A DNA stretch of 64,000 nt from an uncultured delta proteobacterium (GCA_963696385.1 CAVOKF010000003.1:480001-544000); one strand, 5' to 3'. Positions 17,560 through 28,692 are shown, counted from the stretch's first letter. Notes: generated by a model from the sequence alone, not told the origin. Made by a program: numbers and translations.

Positions 17560-20001
17560 TTACGGGATCGGCGGTCGCCGCGCTCCGGCTCCGCCCGGAA
17601 AAGGCGGTGGTGGCGCGGCGTGACGAACGACGTAAATCGGGTTCGTGAACGCAAGGGGGGCAATGGGGACGAACGGAAGCACGTCGGTCATCGGCCGCAG
17701 GCCGCGGGCGATCACCATCGCCCATCCGTTGCCCGGTCCCACGACCACGTCCAGGTCGCGGTCGAACCGGATCGTGCGTGCTCGTGCCTCGTCAAGTGTC
17801 CCGGCCTCGGGTCCGATGACGGTCGGCCGAGTCGGCACATCGAAGGTTTGCGCGATGGTCCATCCCCCGCCGATCTGTCCCACCACGACCTGCACGCTCG
17901 TCACATCGACCCACGGCGCGGCGCGCACGCGCAGATGACCGTGGATCGGATCTTCCGGGGTCGCGATCTCGTCGCCGGGGCTTGCACTTTGGAGTACAAA
18001 CTCGATGAGGGGTCCACTGGTGACGGTCGCGTGACCTTTTTTCAAGCTGGTCACCACGTCGAGCGGATCGGCGGGTAGCGCGTCGGACGCTGGCAGCGAG
18101 TCGACCGCGACCATCGTTCTTGGGTATCCTGCCCACTGATATTGAATTCGGTGCGAGTCGCTGCTGCCCGTTGCCGTATACCGCCAGCCGAAGTCGAGCA
18201 GGGCCCAATAATCGCGCAATACCTGATCCACTCGGTCGGGCTCCGCGCTGTCAAATCCATTGTACACTTCGATTCCGTCGAAGTCGACCCGACTTCGGAT
18301 GAGCGACCGCGGTCCGTGAGGGTCGAATCCGATGTTGTCGAAGTAACCAATGCCGCCAGGGAGCCTTGGATGGTTGAGCTGAAAATAGCGACGGTTGTCG
18401 CTTCGCACCGCGCGAAAAATTGCGGACATCGTAGTGTGCTTGAAGGGCGGAACGCGCGCGGCCGGCGAGAACGGAAATACCCCGAAGTGACCAAAACCAA
18501 CATTGTACGTCGTCACTTCAACCCCGGGAACAGACATGAACTCGTGGCCGAGATCGAGTGTATCAATGGCCGATGAGTAATCGCCGACGCGATTGTGCTC
18601 GGTGGGAACTGCGAAATCGATCCCGGCGGCGGCCAACGACAGTACGCGGTCCTCCGGGGTCACGGGAGCGTCGAAGCTGGGACGAGCGTGCACATGCAGG
18701 TCGCAGCCCAGCGTGCCTGGGGTCGGAACGACATGACGGGGCGCCAGAATCACCTCGGCTAGGCGACCCGGGACTACGTCGACAACCTTGGCGTCCATGC
18801 TCCACTCGATTCCCTTGGTCGCCGCAATGCGATACCTGCCCGCCGGCAACGAAGTCGTGACGTCGCCGCGAAGCGAGTCGATGAGCGGCCCGGCTCCGGA
18901 AGCGCGATAGTCCGGGCCGAAATTGGGGTCGACGCTGCCGTCCAGGCCATGAAAGAGAAGACGCGCGGTGAGAGGAGCACCCGTGTCGGCATCCACCACG
19001 GCAACATGGATGTCGCCCGCGCGAGCTACGTCGAGAACGAGGTCGCCCCCGCCTTCCGAGGGAAATACGGTCAGCGCGCTCGCCCTTCCGGGGCCCGTCT
19101 CTGCGTACCACTGAACGACCGAGGCGGGCACCTCGAGATCGAACACGCCCCCGCTCGTGGTCAGTGCGCGGACTTGAGGGCTTCCTTGGGCGTCGCGACC
19201 CACGACGTGCGGTCGGTCGTCGGTTCCTATCACTCGCCCGCGCACGGACACGGTAGGCAGACCGCCCAACGCCGCCAGACTGCGCCAAATCCCCGCGCTC
19301 GACGCGCCGACCACCAAGTGCAATTCGGCCGAGGGATGATCGGCAGCGGTAGCCGCCGGGCTGCGGACCGCCACCCGCATGGGCTCGCCCGGACCCAAGC
19401 TTTCCTCGGAAATGGTCTCGACCCCCACAGGGCCTACGGACGAGGCAATCGCGAGCGGATGAGGCTCGAGCTCGACCAGCAGGGCGTTTCCTGAAACCGT
19501 CGCGCGCTCGGAGACTCGGCCGACCCCCGAGACAAAGATGCCCGCGGCGTCACTCGCCATCTCTGCCCGGAGGGCGAACCGGTGCGTCCGGGCTTCGGGC
19601 CCTTGGGGCAGAGCGAGCTGAATCCGCACGGCATCATTGGCGGCATCGGTCATAATCTCCAGATCGGCGTCTGCCGTCGAACGTCCCAGCGCGATCGGAA
19701 TGCGTGCACGGACGCCGCCGGACTCCGGATGCAATGCGGCATGCTCAAGAAGAATCGGCTGCACCGCTTCGTCCACCACCACGGTCACGTCTACATCCTG
19801 GCTCAGGGCACCATCCACGCTCGCGAAGGTCAGGAGCGGGGCGTGCAAGTGCAGTGCGAATGTCGCGTTGCGGGTCGCGAATACGCGGGGCGTCCGCAGC
19901 GACGTCGTCGCTCGAGGTTGCGTCCAGCTCATCAGGCCAAACGCGACCGCTCCCGCGATGACTCCCATGGCGGCGCGTTCGACTGCGACGCGAGGTTTCA
20001 T
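17560..20001 (-). CDS. CehA/McbA-family PHP metallohydrolase, secreted
   Basis: CDLHVH, TEHN, NHPR, EVYNG, TGSSDSH, AFTNPI. Confidence 0.88.
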   Translation of the reverse strand: MKPRVAVERAAMGVIAGAVAFGLMSWTQPRATTSLRTPRVFATRNATFALHLHAPLLTFASVDGALSQDVDVTVVVDEAVQPILLEHAALHPESGGVRARIPIALGRSTADADLEIMTDAANDAVRIQLALPQGPEARTHRFALRAEMASDAAGIFVSGVGRVSERATVSGNALLVELEPHPLAIASSVGPVGVETISEESLGPGEPMRVAVRSPAATAADHPSAELHLVVGASSAGIWRSLAALGGLPTVSVRGRVIGTDDRPHVVGRDAQGSPQVRALTTSGGVFDLEVPASVVQWYAETGPGRASALTVFPSEGGGDLVLDVARAGDIHVAVVDADTGAPLTARLLFHGLDGSVDPNFGPDYRASGAGPLIDSLRGDVTTSLPAGRYRIAATKGIEWSMDAKVVDVVPGRLAEVILAPRHVVPTPGTLGCDLHVHARPSFDAPVTPEDRVLSLAAAGIDFAVPTEHNRVGDYSSAIDTLDLGHEFMSVPGVEVTTYNVGFGHFGVFPFSPAARVPPFKHTTMSAIFRAVRSDNRRYFQLNHPRLPGGIGYFDNIGFDPHGPRSLIRSRVDFDGIEVYNGFDSAEPDRVDQVLRDYWALLDFGWRYTATGSSDSHRIQYQWAGYPRTMVAVDSLPASDALPADPLDVVTSLKKGHATVTSGPLIEFVLQSASPGDEIATPEDPIHGHLRVRAAPWVDVTSVQVVVGQIGGGWTIAQTFDVPTRPTVIGPEAGTLDEARARTIRFDRDLDVVVGPGNGWAMVIARGLRPMTDVLPFVPIAPLAFTNPIYVVRHAAPPPPFPGGAGARRPPIP

Positions 20002-20095
20002 TCGTCGAAAAACCTAATCACCGCAGGCGTTCCTCGCTCTCGGTTGGTTTTCCTTTGTGCATCGGGTCGCGCTCGTCCGGCGTCGGAAGTCCGAC

Positions 20096-21139
20096 TCAGT
20101 GGTCGTGGTGCGGGTCCGGCGTGTGGGCGTGATCGTGCTCGATTGGTTCGTGCGTGTGCTCGTGCGAGTGCGCGCCCTCTACCCGCGGATCATGGATGTG
20201 ATCGTGGTGCAGGTCATCGTGACGGTGGGCGTGCTCGTGCGTCAGCGGGCGGTGGCGATGCGGATGCGCGTGCCGTTCGGTCAGGTGGAGACCGAGACCG
20301 ACCAGCATCGGGACGAGGGCCACGCCGGTCGACCATCCACCCCATGGCTCGCCGAAGCCGATGGCGACGCCGGCGGCGATGAACGGCGCGATCGCGAAGA
20401 TCGACGCCGTACGCGCGGCCCCGACGCGGCGTTGGGCGAGCAAATACAGGCGAAGGCTCAGACCGTAGCCGGTGGCACCGCACATGAGGAGCCCGATGAC
20501 CGACGCCCTCGTCGGCGGTCGTTCGTCGAACGCGAATGCGAGGGTGGCGGACCCCAGCGCACCGAGCGACGCCTTGACGAGGACGACTTTCGCCGTGTCC
20601 AGCAAGGCGACCGCGTTCGACAAGGCGTTGTCGAGGCCCCACGCAAGCGTGGCTGCGGTGACGGCCACGAGTCCTGCGAGTTGCGCCGTTCCTTCCTGAG
20701 CGCGGCCCAGCACGAGCAGGATGCCGCCGATCGTCATCAGCCCGAGCGCCAGCGCGATGCGGCGGCCCACGTGCTCCCGGTAGAGGAGCCAGCCGAACGC
20801 GGCGGTAAACACCGCTTCGAGATTGAGCGCGAGACTCGCGCTCAAGCCACTGGTCCGCTGAAGCCCCCACGCCAGCGCTGCGGGAGCCACCACGGCTCCG
20901 GCGAACGCCATGGCCAGGAGCCGCGGCGCGTGCGATGCGCGGAGCGGTGCCTCTTCGCTGGCGCGCCGGCGCGTCACGAGAGCGACCAAGGCCGCACCGG
21001 CGTACAGGAGCGCCGCGGTCGCGAACGGACCCACGCCCCGGCCGGAGCGCTGCACGAGCGGAGTGGTCACACCGAAGCTCGCGGCCGCGAGCAGCGCCCA
21101 TCCCAAGCCGCTCCGAATGGCTCGATTGGAGGGGAACAT
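20096..21139 (-). CDS. EamA/DMT transporter with a His-rich C-terminus
   Basis: About 10 TM helices, LNLEAVFTA, WGLDN; tail HxHxH...HTPDPHHDH. Confidence 0.9.
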   Translation of the reverse strand: MFPSNRAIRSGLGWALLAAASFGVTTPLVQRSGRGVGPFATAALLYAGAALVALVTRRRASEEAPLRASHAPRLLAMAFAGAVVAPAALAWGLQRTSGLSASLALNLEAVFTAAFGWLLYREHVGRRIALALGLMTIGGILLVLGRAQEGTAQLAGLVAVTAATLAWGLDNALSNAVALLDTAKVVLVKASLGALGSATLAFAFDERPPTRASVIGLLMCGATGYGLSLRLYLLAQRRVGAARTASIFAIAPFIAAGVAIGFGEPWGGWSTGVALVPMLVGLGLHLTERHAHPHRHRPLTHEHAHRHDDLHHDHIHDPRVEGAHSHEHTHEPIEHDHAHTPDPHHDH

Positions 21140-21228
21140 CCTGGCTCGACCTCCGTTGCGAGCAGCGTACACCGCATCGCGTCGAGCTCCGATTCGAGGC
21201 CCTGCCCTGGTGGATTGGCGCCCTCTGT

Positions 21229-21292
21229 CACAATCGCACAATCGCACAATCGCACAATCGCACAATCGCACAATCGCACAATCGCACAATCG
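21229..21292. repeat. Simple sequence repeat (CACAATCG)8
   Basis: Eight perfect 8-bp units in the divergent intergenic region. Confidence 0.97.
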
Positions 21293-21333
21293 CGCGGACA
21301 CGTCGGCCGGTATGCCATGATGATCCATCGCGC

Positions 21334-22617
21334 GTGAGCGAGCAAGAGCGCCGAAACCGACAGGGCCCGACCGAGGTCGTCCGACCGGCACGACGGCCGT
21401 ACGCGGCCGATTGGCTGCCGACCGCCACGATGACGTTGCTGTCGCTGCTCAGCTACGTCGACCGGAACGCGCTCGCACTTCTCGCGAACACCATCCGTGA
21501 CGAGACGGGACTGAACGCTGAGCAATACGGGTGGATCATCAGCGCGTTCTCGGCGGGATACCTTATCGGGAATCCCTTCTGGGGGCGGGTGCTCGATCGA
21601 TTCGGCGTACGCGCGGGGCTCGTTGCCGCGGTCGCCCTCTGGACTCTCGCGTCGGCGTCGCACGCTTTCGCCACGACCCTGCTCGCGTTCGCGATGGCCC
21701 GCGCCATCTTGGGATTCGGCGAAGGGGCCACCTTCCCCGCTGGACTGCTCACGGCCACGAAGACTCTTGCTCTGCACTCGCGCGGTCGGGGCATCGCTCT
21801 CGCGTACAGCGGCGCCTCTCTCGGAGCCCTTGTCACGCCCATCCTGGTCACGCCCATCGCGCTTCGCTGGGGATGGCGCGGTGGGTTCCTCTTCACCGGC
21901 ATGCTCGGCGTCGCTTGGATCGTACTCTGGACCTTCGTCGCACGCGATCCGCGGCTGCACGGGCCCCGCGCGGCCCAAGCCGCCACGGTGACTGGACCAC
22001 GATTGAACCTCGGGCCTGCCGTAGGGGGCTTCATGGCCGCCTATGCGTTCGGCGGTCTGCCCATTGGCTTCGTGACGTACGGCGCCCCGATTCATCTGGG
22101 GCGGGCGCTCGGCTGCGACCAAGCGACGCTTGGGCGGGTGTTGTGGATTCCTCCGCTGGGTTGGGAGATCGGCTACCTGTTCTGGGGCTGGGTCGTCGAC
22201 CGAACCGCCCGGCGCCGTACACTCGGTGCCCACACCTTCGCCCGCCTCTTCGGGCTGCTTGCGCTGCTCGCGCTGCCGCTCGCTGCCGCACCGCTGTTTC
22301 ACGCTCGCGCGGTGGTCCTCGCCCTCCTCTTTTTCGCCATGTTCATTTCGGCCGGATTCGTCATCGCCTCGCTGGCGGAAACGACAGGCCGACACGCGGG
22401 CAAGCATGGCGCCTACATCGCAGGCCTGGGGGCCGGTGCGTGGTCGGGCCTGATGGCGCTCGCGATGCCCGTGTTTGGTCGACTCTTCAATCGGGGCGCG
22501 TACGGCGCCGCCTATGCCATTGCCGCCGTTTCGCCCCTTGTCGGGTACTTCGTCTGGAGCGCCTTCGGACGCCGTCTCGCGGTCGAATGCGGCGGACCGC
22601 AAGAAGGTCGCCGCTGA
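21334..22617 (+). CDS. MFS transporter (ExuT/ACS-like); start may be 21430
   Basis: SYVDRNAL, GRVLDRFG, LGFGEGATFP. Confidence 0.88.
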   Translation: MSEQERRNRQGPTEVVRPARRPYAADWLPTATMTLLSLLSYVDRNALALLANTIRDETGLNAEQYGWIISAFSAGYLIGNPFWGRVLDRFGVRAGLVAAVALWTLASASHAFATTLLAFAMARAILGFGEGATFPAGLLTATKTLALHSRGRGIALAYSGASLGALVTPILVTPIALRWGWRGGFLFTGMLGVAWIVLWTFVARDPRLHGPRAAQAATVTGPRLNLGPAVGGFMAAYAFGGLPIGFVTYGAPIHLGRALGCDQATLGRVLWIPPLGWEIGYLFWGWVVDRTARRRTLGAHTFARLFGLLALLALPLAAAPLFHARAVVLALLFFAMFISAGFVIASLAETTGRHAGKHGAYIAGLGAGAWSGLMALAMPVFGRLFNRGAYGAAYAIAAVSPLVGYFVWSAFGRRLAVECGGPQEGRR

Positions 22618-22887
22618 CCAAGGGGCCGACGGGCGTGCCTGCGTCGGCCTTGCTTCTCAGCGCCCGACCCGTAGGCGCCCATTCGAGGGCTCAGGCGCCG
22701 TCCGCGTCTGGCTGGTGCTCCGCGTGCGCTCGCACGAACGAGGAAAGCGCGGAGCATGCTCGGTCGACTGCGCACAGCGTCGCGAACGGCTCGAGATCAA
22801 TCCCGAAGCGTCGTGCGAAGTGCATCTGCCCGTACGCCCGCGACGGCTCCTGTGAGTCCCGGACGCTTCTGCCATGTGGGTTGGAAT

Positions 22888-24678
22888 CTATCGAATGGCA
22901 AGGAAGTACGGCAGGGCACACGCCAGGCTCTCGCGTTCGGTCAGCAAGCCCAAGCTCTCGATGAACGGCGCCGCGTCGGCAAGCGGCCCAGCGAGCCTGG
23001 AGAGACCCGTCGGACCGCGCACCGCCGGCGCGCGCGATTCGCTGTCGCCGAGGAGGCGCATAATCCCGCTCGATTCCCCAGCGACGCCCACTCGGGCATC
23101 GCGACCGAGGCCGGCGGCCGAGCGGGCGCGTGCGACGGCGTCGCGCAGGCCTCCGATCTCATCGACCAGTCCCCTCCTCTGGCCTTCACGGCCGCTGAAA
23201 ATTCGTCCCTCGGCCGAAGCGGCGACCCGCTCCACCGGAATTCCCCTGCCCTCGGATACCCGAGTAAGAAATAATTGATAGATCCCCGTCATCGTATCCA
23301 GCATGCGAGCGCGCGTTTCCCGATCCCACGGCACGAAAAGCGAGTCCGACGCGGCGCGAGACGCGGCATGGGGATCGTCACGCTTCGCAGCAAAGGTCTC
23401 GGCATGCATGCCGATTTTTTCCAGTGCGCGATCTGCGGCGATTTTACCGCCGACGACTCCAATGGACCCGACAATGCTCGTTTCGTCCGCGAAGACGACC
23501 GCGCCCGTCGACGCAAGGTAGTAACCACCGCTCGCCGCCATATCCCCGATGCTCACGACGAGCGTCTTTCTGGCCCGGAGCCGCATCAGAGCGTGCCACA
23601 GCAAGTCACTCGCGAGGGCGCTACCGCCCGGAGAATCGATGCGAAGCACGATCGCTCTGACGTCTTCGTCGCGCTCGAGTCGGGCCAAGGTCCCGAGCAA
23701 CCGCCGCCCTACGATCCCATCGCCTCCACCGAGAATTCCGCCGCCGTCCATAGAAATGGCACCTGTGGCTCGCACCACAACGACCGGCGCAGACGTCATC
23801 GACTCTCCCGCGAAGGCGCGAAGCGTCTCGATCCACTCGTCCGCGCCACCCGACGTGGCGCCGTCGCCCAAGCGCACTTCGGCACGCACCGCGCCGGTTG
23901 ACTTCTCGAGTGCCGTGCGAGCGTCGTCGAAGTAGCCGACATCGTCGATGAGCCCCCGGTCCTTCGCCTCCTGAGCGGTGTAGGGGCCCGATTCGGCGAC
24001 CGACTCCACCAGCGCCGGGCGCGCGCTCCGAATCCCCTCGAGCCACGCCGCTCGCAAGTCCGCGAGCGTCGAGACAAGCGATTCTCGCGCCTCGTCGCTC
24101 GGGCCATCTCGCGTGAATGGCTCCTCCGCCCCCTTGAATTTCCCGACCTGCAGAAAGTCGACTTCGAGCCCCAGTTCGTCGGTAAGCAGCTTGTGAAAAT
24201 ACAGCGTCTGCGCGGCTAGGCCAATCGCGTCGACGCTGCTCGCTGGGGGAGCCCAAATGCGCGTGCATCCGCGCGCGGCCAGAAGGAGGGAGCCGTTGCC
24301 GTAGTCGTCGGCGTAGCACCAGACGGGGTGCTTCGTGCCCACGGCGGCAAGCGCGGCGCCGACTTCCGCTGCGCGACCGAGACCCACGCCCGCTGTGCCC
24401 AACCGAACCAGAACGCCGCGGACGTCCTTTTGGCCCTCGACAAGCTCCGCTTGCCGCACGAAGTCTTCCAACGAGGTGCCTCGCGGCGACAGGCCCAGCC
24501 ACCCGCCCGGACCCTGCTCAGGAACGCCATCAGCCAGATCGAAAACGGCAATGGCCGGACCGAACGACGGCTCGTCGCCCGCCGTCACGGACCGACCGCT
24601 CGACCGGGGCCTCCCGTCGCAAGCGGCTAGAGCCAACAGGGCCCCGAGCCGAGCGGCGCGACGAATCTCCGGTCTCAT
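22888..24678 (-). CDS. sppA: Signal peptide peptidase SppA (S49), lipoprotein
   Basis: GKFKGAEE, IDSPGGS, AASGGYY, GSIGV, AEGRIFSG; lipobox LAAC. Confidence 0.9.
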   Translation of the reverse strand: MRPEIRRAARLGALLALAACDGRPRSSGRSVTAGDEPSFGPAIAVFDLADGVPEQGPGGWLGLSPRGTSLEDFVRQAELVEGQKDVRGVLVRLGTAGVGLGRAAEVGAALAAVGTKHPVWCYADDYGNGSLLLAARGCTRIWAPPASSVDAIGLAAQTLYFHKLLTDELGLEVDFLQVGKFKGAEEPFTRDGPSDEARESLVSTLADLRAAWLEGIRSARPALVESVAESGPYTAQEAKDRGLIDDVGYFDDARTALEKSTGAVRAEVRLGDGATSGGADEWIETLRAFAGESMTSAPVVVVRATGAISMDGGGILGGGDGIVGRRLLGTLARLERDEDVRAIVLRIDSPGGSALASDLLWHALMRLRARKTLVVSIGDMAASGGYYLASTGAVVFADETSIVGSIGVVGGKIAADRALEKIGMHAETFAAKRDDPHAASRAASDSLFVPWDRETRARMLDTMTGIYQLFLTRVSEGRGIPVERVAASAEGRIFSGREGQRRGLVDEIGGLRDAVARARSAAGLGRDARVGVAGESSGIMRLLGDSESRAPAVRGPTGLSRLAGPLADAAPFIESLGLLTERESLACALPYFLAIR

Positions 24679-26834
24679 TCGAGGCGCCCATCGGAAGCGG
24701 ACGGCGGCGCTGCACTCGTACCGCCCGATTCGGGCACCCCATTGGGGGCGGGCGCGGGCGCGACCGCTGCGGCGTTGCGCTGGGATACATAGGCGGGGTA
24801 CGTCCCCTCGGGGAAGCGATCGATCACGTCCGTGTACGTGCGGACCGCGAGCGACCGATTTCCGTTTGCCCATTCCGTATCTGCCAGCCCGAGAAGCGCC
24901 GGGAGATAGGACGGATTGACAGCGATCGCACGCTTGTATGCCACGATTGCGGAGACCGGATCACCCTGCAAACGCGCTACGTCGCCGAGACCTGCGATGG
25001 CCTCCGAATCCGCAGGGTTGCGGTCCACAATCGCCTGATAAATCTGACGCGCGCGCACGAAATCGGCTCTCTTGATGGCAAGCGCCGCGGCCTGCATCGC
25101 CACCCGTGGATCCGCGCTCAAGGCGTCGGGGCCGGTGGGCACGGGCGCCGGACCCGGGACCCCCGGTGTCGCGCGAAGGACAGGCCCCTTCGCCGCATCG
25201 GAACGAGGCCCACTCGACGACGCGTCCGCCGACGGCGCAGCGGACCGGTCGACGAACGCGTGCAAGCTTGGCAAGAGCGGATACGGACGAGCACGGGCGT
25301 CAATCTTGGCCAGCTCGGCTCTCGCCGCCGAGACGTTTCCGGATTTCGCGAGCGCGTAAGTGAGCGCGGCCTGCGCCCGCCCGGCGTTGCCCTCGGCGGC
25401 CGCCGCAAACCGCAAGCGCTCTATCACGGTCGTCCAAAGGGGCGTGGGCTCGGCCAGATCGAGCGCCGCCAGAACGTAGGCCGTCTCCGGCTGAGAAGCC
25501 TGACCGCTCACTCGCGACACGTATGCGCGTGCCGCGTCCAGGTCGTTTTCCAGGCGAAGCGCGTCGATTTTAGAGCGTACGGCGGCTACATCGTCGGGCG
25601 TTGCGGCGAGCGCATCGTCGGCCGAATGGCGAACGCGGACCATCAGCTCGTCGAATTGAGCCTTTGTCGTCCGAACGTCATCCGAAGCCTCGGGTGGCAG
25701 CAGTCGAAGCCGCAACCACGGAATATCGGCCTTTGCTGCCGCGATGCGGGCCTCGTCCAAGAGCACGCGCGAGTCTTTCTCCGATAGGGCGCTCGCCTTG
25801 TCGAAGTCTTCCTGGGCGACGTCGAGGCTCCCATCCGCCATCGCCTTCTCGCCCTCGGCCAGAAACGATCGCGCGCGGGGATCGACTTGCGCGGCCGTAC
25901 CCGCCTCGTGCGCAACGAGGTACGGCTTTGCGACGGCCCAGCCGACCACTCCCACCGCGAGCAGCAGGACCAGGGTGACCACCCAGCCCCCAACGCCACG
26001 TCGGCGGGGAACGGGGTACGAGTCGTCGCTTGACGAAGGGGGCCCGAGCCGCGGGCTCGCGAAATCGTCCTCGCGGTAGGGCACCGATCGTCGGACTGGA
26101 CGCGTTGGGGGCGGCAGCCGAGAGTCGGCGTTGGAAACAAGCGGCTCGGTCGCATTCCCCGACGGCCATCCGGTGTCGTCGTAAACCACCGGCACCGATT
26201 CCTCCGGCGAGGCCAACGCGACGGGCTGAGCCGCGACGACGGATGCGGGCGGAGGGACCGGGGCCGCAGTCGGCGGCGGACGCAGCGTGTCGACCTTGCC
26301 GCGCAACGCGGTTGCATGCGGCAGCGTTGAAGGAGAAGAAGGAGAAACCGAGGGGGAGCGATAGAACTCCTTGGGTCTTTCGGGTGCGGCCGTCGAGGGA
26401 TTCGGGTCCACCGCGAACGCCGCGGCGGCCCCGTGCCGTCCGCTCGACGGCTCCGGAAGGACGCTAGGCGTCGACCGCTCCGGGGACGCCCCGGTGGCCT
26501 TTGGGCGATTGGACGCGCGTCCCTCGAAGAACGGCTCAAGCTCGGTGATCGAGCCGAGAGATCTCGGCGGACCGCCTCCCCGCATGAGCAGATCCGAGCG
26601 TCGGACCTGTTTCGACAGAATCGCCTGTTGCAGTTGCCGGAGCGTCAGAAACTCGATTTCCGGGCCGCCGTCCGCGCGAACGATCCACGGATGCTCGGCC
26701 ATTCCGCTGCCCTGGGCAGGGCGCACCTTGAATTGGTGGCCGCAGTGAGTGCACCGAACGGTCGTCCCGCGCCCGCTGACGAGAGCGTCGTCAAATTCGT
26801 ATTCGGTCCTGCAACGTTCGCACTGAACATCCAT
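24675..26834 (-). CDS. MJ0042 zinc-ribbon/TM/TPR protein
   Basis: N-terminal CERC...CTHC, Pro-rich linker, TM helix, C-terminal TPRs; ATGA overlap with sppA. Confidence 0.85.
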   Translation of the reverse strand: MDVQCERCRTEYEFDDALVSGRGTTVRCTHCGHQFKVRPAQGSGMAEHPWIVRADGGPEIEFLTLRQLQQAILSKQVRRSDLLMRGGGPPRSLGSITELEPFFEGRASNRPKATGASPERSTPSVLPEPSSGRHGAAAAFAVDPNPSTAAPERPKEFYRSPSVSPSSPSTLPHATALRGKVDTLRPPPTAAPVPPPASVVAAQPVALASPEESVPVVYDDTGWPSGNATEPLVSNADSRLPPPTRPVRRSVPYREDDFASPRLGPPSSSDDSYPVPRRRGVGGWVVTLVLLLAVGVVGWAVAKPYLVAHEAGTAAQVDPRARSFLAEGEKAMADGSLDVAQEDFDKASALSEKDSRVLLDEARIAAAKADIPWLRLRLLPPEASDDVRTTKAQFDELMVRVRHSADDALAATPDDVAAVRSKIDALRLENDLDAARAYVSRVSGQASQPETAYVLAALDLAEPTPLWTTVIERLRFAAAAEGNAGRAQAALTYALAKSGNVSAARAELAKIDARARPYPLLPSLHAFVDRSAAPSADASSSGPRSDAAKGPVLRATPGVPGPAPVPTGPDALSADPRVAMQAAALAIKRADFVRARQIYQAIVDRNPADSEAIAGLGDVARLQGDPVSAIVAYKRAIAVNPSYLPALLGLADTEWANGNRSLAVRTYTDVIDRFPEGTYPAYVSQRNAAAVAPAPAPNGVPESGGTSAAPPSASDGRLE

Positions 26835-27272
26835 CGTCTATTTTCCACGCCTGCTGCGCGCGGCGCGCACACCTACCGAGCCGCTCGTGTCGTTTGGGCA
26901 TCCGCTAGCTCGTGCGCTTTGGAGGCGGAGGTGAGATCGATCGCGCGCTTCGGGGTGGCGCCAACTTACACGGGGCGTTCCAGCCTGTCGATTCAACGCG
27001 GCAAGCTCGCTCGAGTTCGCGCTCACTCGATTTTTCGCAATCGCCGAATTTAGGGCGGCCCGGAACTGACAGTCGATCCGTGAACGCCCGTATACACCTG
27101 CTGCCGAGCCGAACGAAATGTGCCGATAGGGACCCCGGGCGAGCCGATTCGTCAAGAGGCATGTGCGTTGCTAGCATGCGTCCCGTATGGGGAAGCGGAC
27201 GGCTTCGCGCGTGGACGGCGAACGACCCTGCTTTCCCCGTCGAGGGTGCGAACCCAAAACCACGGTGAAGTC

Positions 27273-28550
27273 ATGAAGCGTCTTTGGCTTGGCGTCACGA
27301 TCCTTGGTGCGATCGCCGTGCTTGCAGGCTGTCCGATCTATTCGGACTCGAGCAACTACCGCGTTTGCACGTCGACGGCTTGCTACGACTGCCCCGACCC
27401 CACTCTGTCGAACGCGTGCATCGAGTGGCAATGTGGCACGTCCGCGGATTGTGGGGCTGGGTACGTTTGCAACGGCAATGCGTGTGCGCCCGAGACAGCC
27501 GCCGCGACCGACGCTGCCAGCGCCTCGCCGGAGCCTTGTCGGACCCCCATGCAGTGCCCGATCGGATCGGTGTGCGGACAAGATGAAACGTGCCATGGCG
27601 GCGACTGCGCGTACTGGGGCTGCCCCCCTGGGTTCGGGTGCTTCAGGGGCGCCTATGGCGAGGCCTCGTGCATCGAGGATGTCGACACGATCGACGCGAC
27701 GGGCGGGTCGTCAAGCTCGGACGCATCCGTCGAGGCGGCTCGGGACGCGGCCACAACGGCAACCGGCGACGGGGCCGCCGAAGCGTCATGGGATGCTTCA
27801 TCGAATGCTTTGACCGACGCGCCCCCGGCGGTTTCCGCGGAGGCGTCGTTGGATGCCGCGGACGCGGCATGGGTCGATGCCGCAGGCGATGCTCAGGGTC
27901 CCTTGGCTGCCGCGCTGACACCTTGCAATTTCGACGGACAGTGCGGTGGCGGCGGAAGTCGGTGCGTGAACGGCAATTGCACGCCACAAAGCGGACTTTG
28001 CTCCGACGGGACGCAGTGCTCCGCTGGGGAATCATGCGTCGACGGCGAATGCACGCCGCACTGCTCGGCGGCATTGCCGTGCGCGATTGGCTTCGAATGC
28101 GATCTCAACCGGGGCGTGTGCAGCCTCAATTCGACCGTGTGCGCGAGTACCGCCGACTGCCTTGGCGGCACAGTGTGCGTGCAAGCCCATTGCGTGGCCC
28201 CCTGCTCGTCCCCTGATGCAGGAGCCATCTGCCCCGCCACCGAAGTCTGCGCCAACGGCGGCTGCATTCCGAACCAGGCTGCATCGTTCGCTTGCACGAA
28301 CGACGGGTACACCGGTCCGGTCGCCAACAGCTGCGAACTCGGGGCCATTTGCCTGCACGACGATTGCTATGTCGAGTGCAGCCTGGATGGCGGTGTCTGC
28401 ACGGCGGGGCAGGTTTGCAAGGAGGTCACCACCCTTCAGGGCACATTTGCCGTCTGCGGTCCGCCTTCCGAGCTCGGGAGTGAGTGCGACTCCGCTGCCG
28501 GGTTGTACTGCCCGCCAGGCGAGCTCTGCATCGACGGATATTGCAAATGA
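27273..28550 (+). CDS. Cys-rich lipoprotein
   Basis: Lipobox LAGC; repeated C..C.G..C.NG.C modules. Confidence 0.8.
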   Translation: MKRLWLGVTILGAIAVLAGCPIYSDSSNYRVCTSTACYDCPDPTLSNACIEWQCGTSADCGAGYVCNGNACAPETAAATDAASASPEPCRTPMQCPIGSVCGQDETCHGGDCAYWGCPPGFGCFRGAYGEASCIEDVDTIDATGGSSSSDASVEAARDAATTATGDGAAEASWDASSNALTDAPPAVSAEASLDAADAAWVDAAGDAQGPLAAALTPCNFDGQCGGGGSRCVNGNCTPQSGLCSDGTQCSAGESCVDGECTPHCSAALPCAIGFECDLNRGVCSLNSTVCASTADCLGGTVCVQAHCVAPCSSPDAGAICPATEVCANGGCIPNQAASFACTNDGYTGPVANSCELGAICLHDDCYVECSLDGGVCTAGQVCKEVTTLQGTFAVCGPPSELGSECDSAAGLYCPPGELCIDGYCK

Positions 28551-28605
28551 TCTGCGCATTTCGGCGCAATTTATTCCGCCGACTCGCAGGCGCGGTCGGC
28601 GCGCC

Positions 28606-28692
28606 AGCGGCCCGGAAATCCCGGTTCGTGAGCCGTCGCGAGCCCGCTCTCTTGAGCGGCCGGAAATCCCGGTTGGCGAGCCCGCTTTCAAG
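28606..28692. repeat. Imperfect direct repeat in a convergent intergenic region
   Basis: AGCGG(C)CCGGAAATCCCGGTT...GCGAGCCCGCT occurs twice. Confidence 0.6.

Noticed and set aside
20935..21333. HNRTIAQS / CAIVRLCD peptide repeats as N-terminal extensions
   Set aside because: They are translations of the non-coding octamer array; better start codons lie outside it.
22657..22921. Small ORFs downstream of sppA
   Set aside because: No clear SD or family signature, and the candidate frames conflict.
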